From a bacterium (GTDB lineage: Bacteria > Krumholzibacteriota > Krumholzibacteriia > G020349025), in contig JANLSU010000048.1 of NCBI GenBank assembly GCA_031362565.1, forward strand, positions 3,664 to 67,663: a stretch of DNA of 64,000 nt, read 5' to 3'. Below the pieces are notes generated by a model. It searched no databases, was not told the DNA's origin, and saw nothing but the letters and a program-made list of their open reading frames with translations. This document shows, one piece after another, positions 31,807 to 41,226 of the stretch; within the stretch, counting starts at the first letter, position 1, and each line of letters opens with the position of its first letter. The translations under genes and the position numbers were made by a program.

Positions 31807-32718
31807 TCACACGAGGGCGAGGGCGGCAGCGACCGCCACGTCGATGCGCGTCTGCTGCTCGGCAGGCACTTCTCCCAACGGCCGGCGCGCATGCCCGACC
31901 GGCAGGCCGCGCTTCCGAAGCGCGTACTTCACGCCGGGCACCGCGTAGCCCTTCCAACTCGTGGCAACGTCCCGCAGTGCCGCCTGCAGGCCCGCGGCGC
32001 GAGCGCTATCTCCAGCCTTCCACGCCGCTTCGAGGCCGACGGCGACTTCGGGCACAACGTGCGCGACGGCCAGAATGGCGCCGCCGGCGCCCGCTTCGAA
32101 GGCTTCGACGACGCGTGCCCCGCTGCCGACGAAGCCGCACGTCCGGGTCTGAGCGAGTGTCGCCGCCAGCGGTCCACCGTCCCCGGAACTATCCTTGAAG
32201 CCCCAAATATTCGGATGCCGCAGGATTTCGATCAACGTCGAAGCTGCCAGGTCGACACCGCTCATTTCGGGCATGTGATAGACGAAGACCGGCACCGGAC
32301 TCGCGTCGGCAATCGCCATGTAGTGGCTGCGGAACGCCGCGTCGTCCATCCGCGCCCGGTAGGCGTGGGGCGTCAGAACCAGGACCGCATCGGCGCCGGC
32401 CGCCGCCAAGCGCCGTGTCAACGCGATGGTGCCGTGCGTCGAGGCGCGTCCGCTGCCCGCGAAAACCGGCACTCGCCCCTCGGCCGCCCGGTGTGCGGCC
32501 CGCACCAGCACCTCGGCTTCGTCGTCGCTGCAGTGCGCCGCTTCGCCGGTCGTGCCCAAGGCCAAGAATCCACTGACGCCGCGCTCGAGCAGCCACTCGA
32601 CGTTGCCACCCAGCCATTCGGCTGCAAGTTGCTCGCCGTCGAACGGCGTCACGAGCGGCACCCAAATGCCGCGACATTGCTCCGGCTGCAACACGGCCTT
32701 CGCCTCCTTCAGGGGCAT
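31807..32718 (-). CDS. DapA-family lyase (dihydrodipicolinate synthase / N-acetylneuraminate lyase family)
   Basis: Start at internal MPLKEAKAVLQPEQCRGIWVPLVTPF. GTTGE motif and Schiff-base Lys context GFKDSSGD. Confidence 0.7.
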   Translation of the reverse strand: MPLKEAKAVLQPEQCRGIWVPLVTPFDGEQLAAEWLGGNVEWLLERGVSGFLALGTTGEAAHCSDDEAEVLVRAAHRAAEGRVPVFAGSGRASTHGTIALTRRLAAAGADAVLVLTPHAYRARMDDAAFRSHYMAIADASPVPVFVYHMPEMSGVDLAASTLIEILRHPNIWGFKDSSGDGGPLAATLAQTRTCGFVGSGARVVEAFEAGAGGAILAVAHVVPEVAVGLEAAWKAGDSARAAGLQAALRDVATSWKGYAVPGVKYALRKRGLPVGHARRPLGEVPAEQQTRIDVAVAAALALV

Positions 32719-32809
32719 GGCCCGGATACCGGGCCGAACCCGCACTTCATCCTGTAGACTCCGGACGCGAATTGCAACGCGCGGTTGAATCTTTCCAAGG
32801 GACGCTGCG

Positions 32810-33547
32810 ATGCACGGGGACCCAACCGACTCTCCCGCCGATGGACCGCGGCGTTTGGCGCGCGCCGAGGGCGTGCTGCTGGCGCGCACGCGCGGCTTCT
32901 GCGTGGTGCTCGAAGACGCGCATGATCCGCACAACGTGAGCGCGGTGTTGCGGACGTGCGACGCGCTCGGCATCCAAGATATCCATCTGGTGGCGGAGAA
33001 CGAATCCGAATCGATCCTGAATCCCAAGGTCAGCACCGGCGCGCATCGCTGGCTGACGGTGCACCGGCATCGCGGTGCCGCCGAAGCCATCACCGCGCTG
33101 CGCAAGGCCGGCTACGATATTTGCGTCAGCCATCTGGGAGAGCAGGCCGTGCCGCTCGAGGCGCTGCCGGCGACACGCCGCGCCGCATATGTTTTCGGCA
33201 ACGAAAAATCCGGTGTCACTAGGCGCTGGCTCGATGCCGCCGACGCAGTGTTTGTGATTCCCACCTCGGGTTTCAGCGGCAGCCTCAATCTCTCGGTCGC
33301 GGTCGCGCTCACGGTGTACGACCGGCGGTGCCAACGGGCGGCTGCCGGACTGCCGGTGGGCGATCTCGATGCGGCGGAACGCGCCGCGCTGCGCCACGCG
33401 TGGTATGCCGAACTGGCGCACGGCAGTGAAGACCGGCGGCGCGAATACGCCGCCTATCTCGGCGCCGGTGTGAAGCCCAAGGTCATGCCGGCGGCCAATC
33501 GCTCGACTGCCGGGCCGGCGCCGGCGCCATCCGCGGACCGGCCGTGA
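32810..33547 (+). CDS. SpoU/TrmH-family RNA 2-prime-O-methyltransferase
   Basis: GFCVVLEDAHDPHNVSAVLRTCDALG..., VFGNEKSGV, IPTSGFSGSLNLSVAVAL (SPOUT knot motifs). Confidence 0.75.
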   Translation: MHGDPTDSPADGPRRLARAEGVLLARTRGFCVVLEDAHDPHNVSAVLRTCDALGIQDIHLVAENESESILNPKVSTGAHRWLTVHRHRGAAEAITALRKAGYDICVSHLGEQAVPLEALPATRRAAYVFGNEKSGVTRRWLDAADAVFVIPTSGFSGSLNLSVAVALTVYDRRCQRAAAGLPVGDLDAAERAALRHAWYAELAHGSEDRRREYAAYLGAGVKPKVMPAANRSTAGPAPAPSADRP

Positions 33548-34893
33548 TCCGACGCGACGACGTACGCGAATCGTTGCGCCTCGCGCTGCCCGTGGTGCTG
33601 ACGCAACTCGGTTCCATGGCCATGGGCACCGTCGATACGCTCATGGCGGGACGCCTGGGACCCGAGGCGATTTCCGCCGTCGGGCTCGGGAGCAGCATCG
33701 GCATCGCGCCGCTCATCGTCGGAATGGGCACCCTTATGGGGCTCGATCCGATCGTGTCGCAAGCCTTCGGCGCCGGTGATTTCCCGCGCTGCGGACGCGC
33801 GATGCGGCACGGCCTGTTGCTGGCATGCATCCTGAGCGTGCCGATCATGGCGGTGTTGTGGCAAGCGCGGTTCATCCTCACGCACTTGGGCGAACCACGT
33901 GAACTCGTCGACGCAACGGCGCCATTCCTCCGCGTTTGGAGTTTGGGCACCTTGCCGTTTTTGATGTTCGCCACGCTGCGCCAGTTTCTGCAGGGCGTCG
34001 GCGTCGTGAAGCCGGCGATGTGGATCGTGTTCGGCGCCAACGTCCTCAACTTTGCCGCCAACTGGGTGCTGATCTTCGGACATTGCGGCATGCCGGCGCT
34101 CGGCATCGTCGGGTCGGCGTGGGCGACCACCATCAGCCGCATTGCGATGTGCGTGGCGCTCGCACTGTATGTCTTCCGAAGGCCGGTGCTGCACCAGTAC
34201 GCGGTCTGGGCGGCGCGCGGCCGCATCGATCGGGCGCTCTTCAGCCGCCTGGTGCACTTGGGTGCCCCGGTGGGCCTGCAGTTCGGGATGGAAGTCGGCG
34301 TCTTTTCGGCCGCATCGGTCATGATGGGATGGCTGGGAACGGTGGCGCTCGCCGGCCATCAAATCGCCCTCAACCTGTGCAGCATCACGTTCATGGTGCC
34401 GCTCGGGTTGTCGACCACCGCGGCAGTCCGCGTCGGCCAGGCACTCGGGCGCGACGATGTGCATGCCGCGCGCCGCGCCGCCGTCGTGGCCTACGGGATG
34501 GGAATCGGCTTCATGTCGCTCTCGGCACTGACGTTCGCATCCATCCCGCACCAGCTCGTCAGTTTGTATACCGGTGATCTGGCGGTGGCGGACATCGCGG
34601 CGCGCCTGCTGCTCGTGGGCGCCGTGTTCCAGGTCTTCGATGGCGGCCAGACGATCGGCATCGGAGCGCTGCGCGGTGCCGCCGATACACGCCTCCCGAT
34701 GTTCGTGACGATCGTCGCGTACTGGGTGGTGGGCTTGCCACTCGGCTGGTGGCTCGCGTTTCGCGGCGGGCAAGGCCCGGCGGGGCTGTGGTGGGGTCTC
34801 ACGGCCGGCCTGACGTGCGTGGCGTTAGTGCTCGGATGGCGCTTCTACGTGCGGGTGCGGCCCGAGCGTTTGGCCGAACTCAAGGCCCACTGA
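33544..34893 (+). CDS. MATE-family efflux transporter
   Basis: 449 aa with 12 predicted TM helices and typical MATE N-terminus ...LALPVVLTQLGSMAMGTVDTLMAGRLG. It overlaps the upstream stop (ATGA). Confidence 0.8.
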   Translation: MIRRDDVRESLRLALPVVLTQLGSMAMGTVDTLMAGRLGPEAISAVGLGSSIGIAPLIVGMGTLMGLDPIVSQAFGAGDFPRCGRAMRHGLLLACILSVPIMAVLWQARFILTHLGEPRELVDATAPFLRVWSLGTLPFLMFATLRQFLQGVGVVKPAMWIVFGANVLNFAANWVLIFGHCGMPALGIVGSAWATTISRIAMCVALALYVFRRPVLHQYAVWAARGRIDRALFSRLVHLGAPVGLQFGMEVGVFSAASVMMGWLGTVALAGHQIALNLCSITFMVPLGLSTTAAVRVGQALGRDDVHAARRAAVVAYGMGIGFMSLSALTFASIPHQLVSLYTGDLAVADIAARLLLVGAVFQVFDGGQTIGIGALRGAADTRLPMFVTIVAYWVVGLPLGWWLAFRGGQGPAGLWWGLTAGLTCVALVLGWRFYVRVRPERLAELKAH

Positions 34894-37024
34894 CGCCCGG
34901 CGCACTGCGAACGATCCGCAGGATCCGGTCGGCGGGAACGCGCACATCGATGAGGTTCTCGACGGCGCCATCGGGCCACGTCACCCGCACGACGTCGAGG
35001 CGCGTCGCCATGCCGATGCCGGCGCGCACCGGTTGCGTCGTGATGCGGCTCGATTGCACCAGCGTCCCGGTATGCACCTCGAGCCATGCACCGACGCCGT
35101 CCTGGATGCCACGCGGCCCCGCGAGGGAGATTTCGAGGTACCCGTTGGCGCTGCCGCCCTCGTTCCATTGCACTTCGACGACGCTGTCGGCGCGCACACA
35201 CGCCAGATCGAGGTCACCATCGAGATCGAAGTCCGCTGCGGCGACCGAGCCGGTGAGGACAGGCGCCGACGCCGATTCGAGCCGGTCTTCGGCTGCGAAT
35301 AGCACGCCGCGTCCCGAATTCCGCCACAACGCCAGATCCGAGGCCCGCGGCGCGTTGGGGAGCGGCGGCTCGGGGGCCGTGTCTTCGGCCACTCCGGCTG
35401 AAGAACCGCGCGCATCGGCCGGCATGACTTTGCCCCCGACGGCAAAGTTCGTCGCCGGTGCAATGACGGGGCCGCGCGAGTGCAACGTCACGATGTCTTC
35501 GAACCCGTCGTTGTCGAAATCGAATCGTACCAAGCCCGCGACCGGCACCTCGACCGGACGATCGTGAGCATACGTTGTTTGCGGAACGCGATAGGCGGCG
35601 GCACGCACGAACCGCGCACTGCCGCGGTTGGCCAACAGCCAAAGGCCGTTTTCGTTGCCGACCAAGAGATCGAGGGTGCCGTCGGCATCCATATCCGCCG
35701 CATCGACGACGCGGGCGCGTTCCAAATTGAGGCCGGCGACCCGGCTCGTGTTGACGAAGGCGCCGGCGGCGGTTTGAACGAGGACCCGCAGCCGGCCGGC
35801 AACATCCGCGGCGACCAGATCGGGGCGTTGATCGCCGGAGAAATCGCCGCACACAACATCACGGAGCGGCGGCATGGACTCGAGCCCGCGCGCCGCAAAT
35901 TCCGTATCGAAGCGTCCGTTGCCATCGTTGCGCCACACATGCAATCCCGGCGCCGACGTCGTTGCGATAACCAGATCCAGATGGCCGTCGCGATCGAAAT
36001 CACAACTTTGCCAGGCACGAATTTCGTACGGCACATCGGCAACGAGATCGGGCGCCGATGACCCGCCGTGCAGCAGCCACACGCGAGTGTGCAACGACGG
36101 CGGCGCCGCCGGCTTGGCCGTTGCCGCACCGGCGCTTGCATCCGGAATGGGCAGCGTCGCGGCGAGAATGACATCGGGCCGGTCGTCGCGATCGGCGAGC
36201 AGGGTGATTGCGGCCCGCACGGTACCCGCCGGCAAGACCGGCTGCGGCGTCCAGCGCACGCCAGTGCCTGCCGAGTCGGCACGCAGTGCGACGTCGCTGC
36301 CGGCGAGCACCAGATCCGGGCGGCCATCGCCATTCACGTCGGCAACTGCGAGCCCGGTGGCGCGCGCGTCGAGCGAATCACGGCGGAAACGCACCGTAAT
36401 AGCGCCGGCCGTCGAGACCGGCGGCCGCGGCGGCACCTGCACATCGATGAGCCGCGCTGCTTCGGCGGTGGCGCTCGTTCCCGAAGGATCGAGGCGGGCC
36501 GCTTCGGCGCGCGACTTGTCCGCTAGGTCATGGCGCCCGGCGTCGGCATAGGCCGCGGCGAGGGCGGCGCGAATCGCCGGCGCGGTTGGGTCGGCACCGG
36601 CCGCGGCTTCGAAGTCTTGCAGTGCGAGCGCCAGCAGCCGGGCGGATTCCGCCTGTTTCTTTTCCGAACCATTGGATTGGGCTTCGTCACGCAATTCGTG
36701 GCCGCGCGTTTGACGCAGAACTCCGAGGTCGTAATGGGCGCGCGCGTCCTGCGGATCGACTTGCAGCGCGGTAGTCCAGGACTGTTCCGCGGCGCGCTCC
36801 TGGCCCCGCCGCCATTGCACGAGACCAAGATTCGTCCACGCCACCGGATCGCGCGATTCGTCTGCGAGTTCGGAAAGGATGGCTTGAGCGCGTTTCAAAT
36901 CGCCGTTCTCGAACCAAGCGCGCGCCTTCACCGTGGCTTCGTAGCGCGCTTCCGGACTCTCGGGGGCTGGGCTGCAGCCCAGTGCCAGCAAGAGGAGGAC
37001 GAACGGACCCATCCGACGCAACAT
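34880..37024 (-). CDS. Lipoprotein with N-terminal TPR repeats and FG-GAP/VCBS/ASPIC-UnbV-like (CRTAC1-like) repeats
   Basis: Lipobox LLLLALGCS. TPR-like helices. Repeated ...DVNGDGRPDLV..., DFDRDGHLDLV, DMDADGTLDLLV, DFDLDGDLDL motifs. The C-terminal ASPIC/UnbV-like region is GYLEISLAGPRGIQDGVGAWLEV. The exact start codon is uncertain (several Met in the first 20 aa). Confidence 0.7.
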   Translation of the reverse strand: MLRRMGPFVLLLLALGCSPAPESPEARYEATVKARAWFENGDLKRAQAILSELADESRDPVAWTNLGLVQWRRGQERAAEQSWTTALQVDPQDARAHYDLGVLRQTRGHELRDEAQSNGSEKKQAESARLLALALQDFEAAAGADPTAPAIRAALAAAYADAGRHDLADKSRAEAARLDPSGTSATAEAARLIDVQVPPRPPVSTAGAITVRFRRDSLDARATGLAVADVNGDGRPDLVLAGSDVALRADSAGTGVRWTPQPVLPAGTVRAAITLLADRDDRPDVILAATLPIPDASAGAATAKPAAPPSLHTRVWLLHGGSSAPDLVADVPYEIRAWQSCDFDRDGHLDLVIATTSAPGLHVWRNDGNGRFDTEFAARGLESMPPLRDVVCGDFSGDQRPDLVAADVAGRLRVLVQTAAGAFVNTSRVAGLNLERARVVDAADMDADGTLDLLVGNENGLWLLANRGSARFVRAAAYRVPQTTYAHDRPVEVPVAGLVRFDFDNDGFEDIVTLHSRGPVIAPATNFAVGGKVMPADARGSSAGVAEDTAPEPPLPNAPRASDLALWRNSGRGVLFAAEDRLESASAPVLTGSVAAADFDLDGDLDLACVRADSVVEVQWNEGGSANGYLEISLAGPRGIQDGVGAWLEVHTGTLVQSSRITTQPVRAGIGMATRLDVVRVTWPDGAVENLIDVRVPADRILRIVRSAPGVSGP

Positions 37025-37394
37025 CGCTCCGCACCTTCCCATCCGCCTCGACCCCATGCACCGCACCGCGCGGCGCCGCGCGCGCCTCCAGACGACACCT
37101 GACGACGTGGTGGCTCAGGCCTGGAATCCGCGCGCCACCGGCACCCGACAGTGCGCAAGATGCACGCCGGGACGGCTTGCCCCCCGCGCCGCACGTGCAG
37201 CGGCATTGTACGGCGGCGTGCAGCCGGTCTCAATGCATCCGATCAGCAGTGTCCACTGCGTGGCGCATTGCTTCTCGATGCACCCGCCTGCGGTTGCTGG
37301 CTGCGTGGCACTCCGAATGCTATAGTTTCGATGGATTTCGGCCGCGCGGTGCGTAGTCGCGCTTGCCTGCCCTCTGAACTGCGAGGTTTTCATC

Positions 37395-37949
37395 TTGAAA
37401 CAACGGCGGCTGGTTTCGATCGCGACGCTGGCGGTGACGCTGGCGGCCGCGGTGGGCGGTCTGGCGGTAGTGGGGGCCGGTTCCGAACGCACCGCCCCGG
37501 TCGCCGCCGAGGTGCGCCCGGCACCGCAATCCTGCAAACCCGTGGCGCCGGTGCATGTGACGCTCGAGCCAGGCGCCGCGCCCGGCGTGTGGCATGTGCA
37601 CCTGAATGCGGTCGCGAGTGCGAACGACGTCACCGTCGTCGTGGGGTCGAACCGTGGCGACGTCGCGGCCGGCAGCCTCGTGGTCTGGCACGGCAGCCTC
37701 GAGCCCGGTGCCGGTCAGGCGATCGAAGCCCGGTTCCCGGTTGCCGACGATGTGACCAGCGTTTGGGCCGAAGCTCGGATCGCATCCGCGCCCGGCGTGA
37801 CGCAGCGCGACCTGGCGGTACTCGAGGTGCTGAACGGCAAGGCAGCGGCCCGAACTGCGAGTTCCGCCGCCACCGGGCGGGTCGTCACCGACCCGCAGAC
37901 CGGCGAGTCCGTGGTCGAGTTTCAGGGTGAAACGGCGGGCAAGCGATGA
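37395..37949 (+). CDS. Signal-anchored hypothetical protein (184 aa) co-transcribed with the metalloprotease
   Basis: TTG start with GAGGT upstream. Hydrophobic N-terminus LVSIATLAVTLAAAVGGLAVVGAG. Its stop overlaps the next start (ATGA). Confidence 0.45.
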   Translation: MKQRRLVSIATLAVTLAAAVGGLAVVGAGSERTAPVAAEVRPAPQSCKPVAPVHVTLEPGAAPGVWHVHLNAVASANDVTVVVGSNRGDVAAGSLVVWHGSLEPGAGQAIEARFPVADDVTSVWAEARIASAPGVTQRDLAVLEVLNGKAAARTASSAATGRVVTDPQTGESVVEFQGETAGKR

Positions 37950-40102
37950 GCCGCCGCGCCCGCCTCGGCGCCGCCTTTGCCGCGGTTCTCGCTATCGCCG
38001 CGACGGCACAGGCCAACTACACGGTGAGCGGCAAGTTTCAGTACCGTGACCGCCCGTTCGGCGCATCCGGTTTCACCGGTACGACGGTCGATCTCCCGAT
38101 CCGGTTCGCCGACGTCGAAGTCTATGACACCAGCACCAGCGCGGTTCTGGGGTCGGGGGCCACGGATGCAACCGGCAGTTTCTCTTTTGCGGTGACCGAC
38201 GCCGCGACTCGCAACATCGCCGTGCGGGCCAAGACGACGTCGGTGAAGACGCCCACTCTCAAGATCCGGGTGATCACTCCGTCGCCGGGTAACCTCGTAT
38301 TTGCGGTCGCGACGACGGCGTTCAACAACCACACCTCGACCACGAACATCGACTTCACCGCGACACCGGTGGTGGCGGTCCCCTCGGTCTTCACCGCCCC
38401 CGCTGTAGCAGGTGCCGGGGACGCATTCAATATTTTCGACAACGCGCTCGACGCGATGGACTTCATCGCCACGCTGAACGGCTCACGCCCGACACAGCTC
38501 TTGACGCTGCACTGGGATCTGAATTCGGGCGATGGAACGTACTACTCGGATGCCGACCGGACCATTCACTTGCTGGGCCTCAGCAGCGATTCTGACGGTT
38601 ACGACGATACGGTGATTCTGCACGAAATCGGCCACTACACCGAGTTCACGCTGGCGGCGAGCGACAACCCCGGCGGCGGTCACAGTCTGAACGGGGTGTA
38701 CGCGCTGACCCTGACCTGGTCCGAGGGCTGGGCGACGTTCTTCGCGAACATGGTGCGCAAGTGGCGGGGTTTCTCGCGGCCCGAGATCTACGTCGACATG
38801 TTCCCAGCGGCCGGATCCGGCCATCTGTTGATTTCCTACGAATTGGAAACCCCGAATGCCGGCGTGCTTGGCGCCGACAACGAGGTTTCGGTGAATGCAG
38901 CGCTGTGGGATCTGGTCGATGACACGACGACACTGGACGCGACACCCGGCGTCGATGACGACCCGCTGCGGCTGCCGAACGGTCCCCTGGAGTTCTGGCA
39001 AACGTTCACGACCTATTTCCCAACTGCGACGACGATCAGCATGGAAGATTTTTGGGACGGCTGGTTCGCGGGCGGACATGACCACCTGGCGGACATGCGC
39101 ACCACCTTCGGAGCGCACGGGATCGAGTATTTTGACGACAGCTTCGAACCGGATGACGGCGTCGCGCAAGCGCGGACCGTGGTGGCCGGCTCGGCTGCCG
39201 CGCATCACACGATCTACTCGGCCGGCGATGCGGATTGGTGCATCATCGGCGTGCAGGGCGGCGCGCAGTATGAGTTCATGACCCAGTCCCCGGCCCGAAC
39301 CTTTCCGCCCCCAGCAACCCCGCCGCTGCTGAGCGGTGGGGTGACCCACCTCGAGCTCTATGTCAACAATGGCGCGACCCTGGTCGCGACCAGCGCCGAC
39401 GACAATCCGGTCTCGACGCTCAGCTACACGCCGGCACAGACGAGCATCGTCTGGCTGCGTTGCCGGCGCCCGGACAATGTCAATACGTACGGATCGTACG
39501 ACCTCGTGGTGACCGGACCGCCGGTTGCCGTCCGGGTGAGCGATGTCAACGTCAATGCCTTCGGCCGGGCCCTGCGCCTCACTTGGCAGGCAGCGCGCGA
39601 TGGCGCGTTCTCGCACTTCGAGATCGAGCGCGCCGGGTCCGACACCGGGCCCTGGGACGTCCTCGGAACCGTTGCCGAACCGGGCAACGCCAATACGCCC
39701 TACGAATTTGTCGATGCGACGGTGGAGGCCGGAAGGACGTATCAATTCCGTATCATAGGCGTCGAAGCCGACGGCACGCGCGAAGCATTCGGACCGTTCG
39801 CGGCCACGGCGCCGGCACCGGCACGAGTCGCGCTCGCGGCGCCGCAGCCGAATCCGTTCAATCCAACGACCGTATTGCGCTTCGAATTGCCACGCGCGGG
39901 GCGGGTCTGGCTGCGGATTTTCGCGGCTTCCGGAGCGCACATCCGCAGCCTCGTCGCCGGCGAATCCCTGGGCGCGGGTTCCTACGCGCGCACCTGGGAC
40001 GGGCGCGACGACAGCGGCCATGCAGCGGCTTCCGGGGTGTACTGGGCGCGCGTCGATGCCGGCGCGGAACACGCCACCCAGCGCGCGGTGCTGGTGCGCT
40101 GA
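37946..40102 (+). CDS. Secreted zinc metalloprotease (HExxH) with Ig-like N-terminal domain, PPC-like domain and por_Secre_tail/FlgD-Ig C-terminal domain
   Basis: Signal MSRRARLGAAFAAVLAIAATAQA. Active-site motif VILHEIGHYTEF. The C-terminus PQPNPFNPTTVLRFELPRAGRVWLRIFAASGAHIRSLV...TWDGRDDSGHAAASGVYWARV matches the CTD pattern of two other proteins in the window. Confidence 0.7.
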   Translation: MSRRARLGAAFAAVLAIAATAQANYTVSGKFQYRDRPFGASGFTGTTVDLPIRFADVEVYDTSTSAVLGSGATDATGSFSFAVTDAATRNIAVRAKTTSVKTPTLKIRVITPSPGNLVFAVATTAFNNHTSTTNIDFTATPVVAVPSVFTAPAVAGAGDAFNIFDNALDAMDFIATLNGSRPTQLLTLHWDLNSGDGTYYSDADRTIHLLGLSSDSDGYDDTVILHEIGHYTEFTLAASDNPGGGHSLNGVYALTLTWSEGWATFFANMVRKWRGFSRPEIYVDMFPAAGSGHLLISYELETPNAGVLGADNEVSVNAALWDLVDDTTTLDATPGVDDDPLRLPNGPLEFWQTFTTYFPTATTISMEDFWDGWFAGGHDHLADMRTTFGAHGIEYFDDSFEPDDGVAQARTVVAGSAAAHHTIYSAGDADWCIIGVQGGAQYEFMTQSPARTFPPPATPPLLSGGVTHLELYVNNGATLVATSADDNPVSTLSYTPAQTSIVWLRCRRPDNVNTYGSYDLVVTGPPVAVRVSDVNVNAFGRALRLTWQAARDGAFSHFEIERAGSDTGPWDVLGTVAEPGNANTPYEFVDATVEAGRTYQFRIIGVEADGTREAFGPFAATAPAPARVALAAPQPNPFNPTTVLRFELPRAGRVWLRIFAASGAHIRSLVAGESLGAGSYARTWDGRDDSGHAAASGVYWARVDAGAEHATQRAVLVR

Positions 40103-40106
40103 GCCT

Positions 40107-40748
40107 TCACATGATGTTCAGGAGCAAGCGCGCATCCTCGGACATCATGGCGGGCGTCCAGGCCGGCTCCCATACCAGATCGATGTTGCAGTCGGCGACG
40201 CCGTCCACGGCGGCGACCTTGGCCTGTACTTCGGGCGGCAACGATTCGGCGACGGGGCACATCGGCGACGTGAGCGTCATGCGAATGTCGATCCGGCCTT
40301 CGGGCTGCAGGTCGATCTCATAGATGAGCCCAATGTCATAGATATTCACCGGAATCTCCGGATCGTAGATGCTGCGCAGCGCATCGACGATCGCCTGGCG
40401 CAGCGGCGCCATACTGCCATCGTGCGAATCGCGCGCGTGCGACGGCACCAGGGCCATCGCGTCGAGGGACGCATGGGGCGTCGCCGTTTCGGGCCCGGAG
40501 CTCGGAACCGCCGGCGTTGCGGCTGCCGGTGCGGGCTCAGCCGACGCCCCATGTGACGACGCAGCGTGCGACGACGCGACATACGCGGCCGCTCCAAACG
40601 GCGTTCCACTCACGGCGATATCATCGATCGGTGCCCCGGTGGCGGCGGTGTTCACTGCGTCCGGCGACGCGCCTGCCGGCTCGTTGCTGATCATCGGTCC
40701 CTCCTGCGCTTTCTGTTCAGTCTTCCGTCGAAACCACCGCATCGCCAT
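40107..40748 (-). CDS. sufT: SufT/DUF59 (MIP18-family) Fe-S assembly protein with a ~110-aa low-complexity N-terminal extension
   Basis: The C-terminal domain is LRQAIVDALRSIYDPEIPVNIYDIGLIY...SPMCPV..., typical of DUF59. Confidence 0.65.
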   Translation of the reverse strand: MAMRWFRRKTEQKAQEGPMISNEPAGASPDAVNTAATGAPIDDIAVSGTPFGAAAYVASSHAASSHGASAEPAPAAATPAVPSSGPETATPHASLDAMALVPSHARDSHDGSMAPLRQAIVDALRSIYDPEIPVNIYDIGLIYEIDLQPEGRIDIRMTLTSPMCPVAESLPPEVQAKVAAVDGVADCNIDLVWEPAWTPAMMSEDARLLLNIM

Positions 40749-41184
40749 CCGCCTTCAGTGCGGCGTGCAACGTGTGCCACGCCAGACTCGCGCACTTGAC
40801 GCGGGCCGGAAACTCCCGGACCCCCGCGAAGACCTCGAGCTTGCCCAACTCCACATCGGCGTCGGCCGGTGCGGGCGCGGTGTCGGTCACCAGAGTGTGA
40901 AAGCGCCGGAACAGCGCTTCGACGTCGCCGACGCTGCGGCCCTTCACGGTCTGCGTCATCATCGAGGCCGAGGCGGTCGAGATCGCGCAACCGGCCCCCT
41001 CGAAGCTCGCGTCTTGGATCACGCCATCCTGCACGTCGAGGTAGACGTGCAAGCGATCGCCGCACAAACGGTTGAAGCCCTCGGCCTTGCGCACTCCCGC
41101 CACCGCCAGGGCGTGATGGTTGCGCGGCTTGCGCGCATGTTCCAGGATCACTTCCTGGTAGAGATCACGCAGGTCATCGGACAC
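40717..41184 (-). CDS. sufU: SufU-type Fe-S scaffold/sulfur-transfer protein
   Basis: NifU-like N-terminus MSDDLRDLYQEVILEHARKPRN, LCGDRLHVYLD, GAGCAISTASASMM and a third Cys at ARVKCAS. Confidence 0.75.
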   Translation of the reverse strand: MSDDLRDLYQEVILEHARKPRNHHALAVAGVRKAEGFNRLCGDRLHVYLDVQDGVIQDASFEGAGCAISTASASMMTQTVKGRSVGDVEALFRRFHTLVTDTAPAPADADVELGKLEVFAGVREFPARVKCASLAWHTLHAALKADGDAVVSTED

Positions 41185-41226
41185 GGCGTTGCGGCCTCGT
41201 TTCCATTTGCAGTGGGCCTTGGTGAA

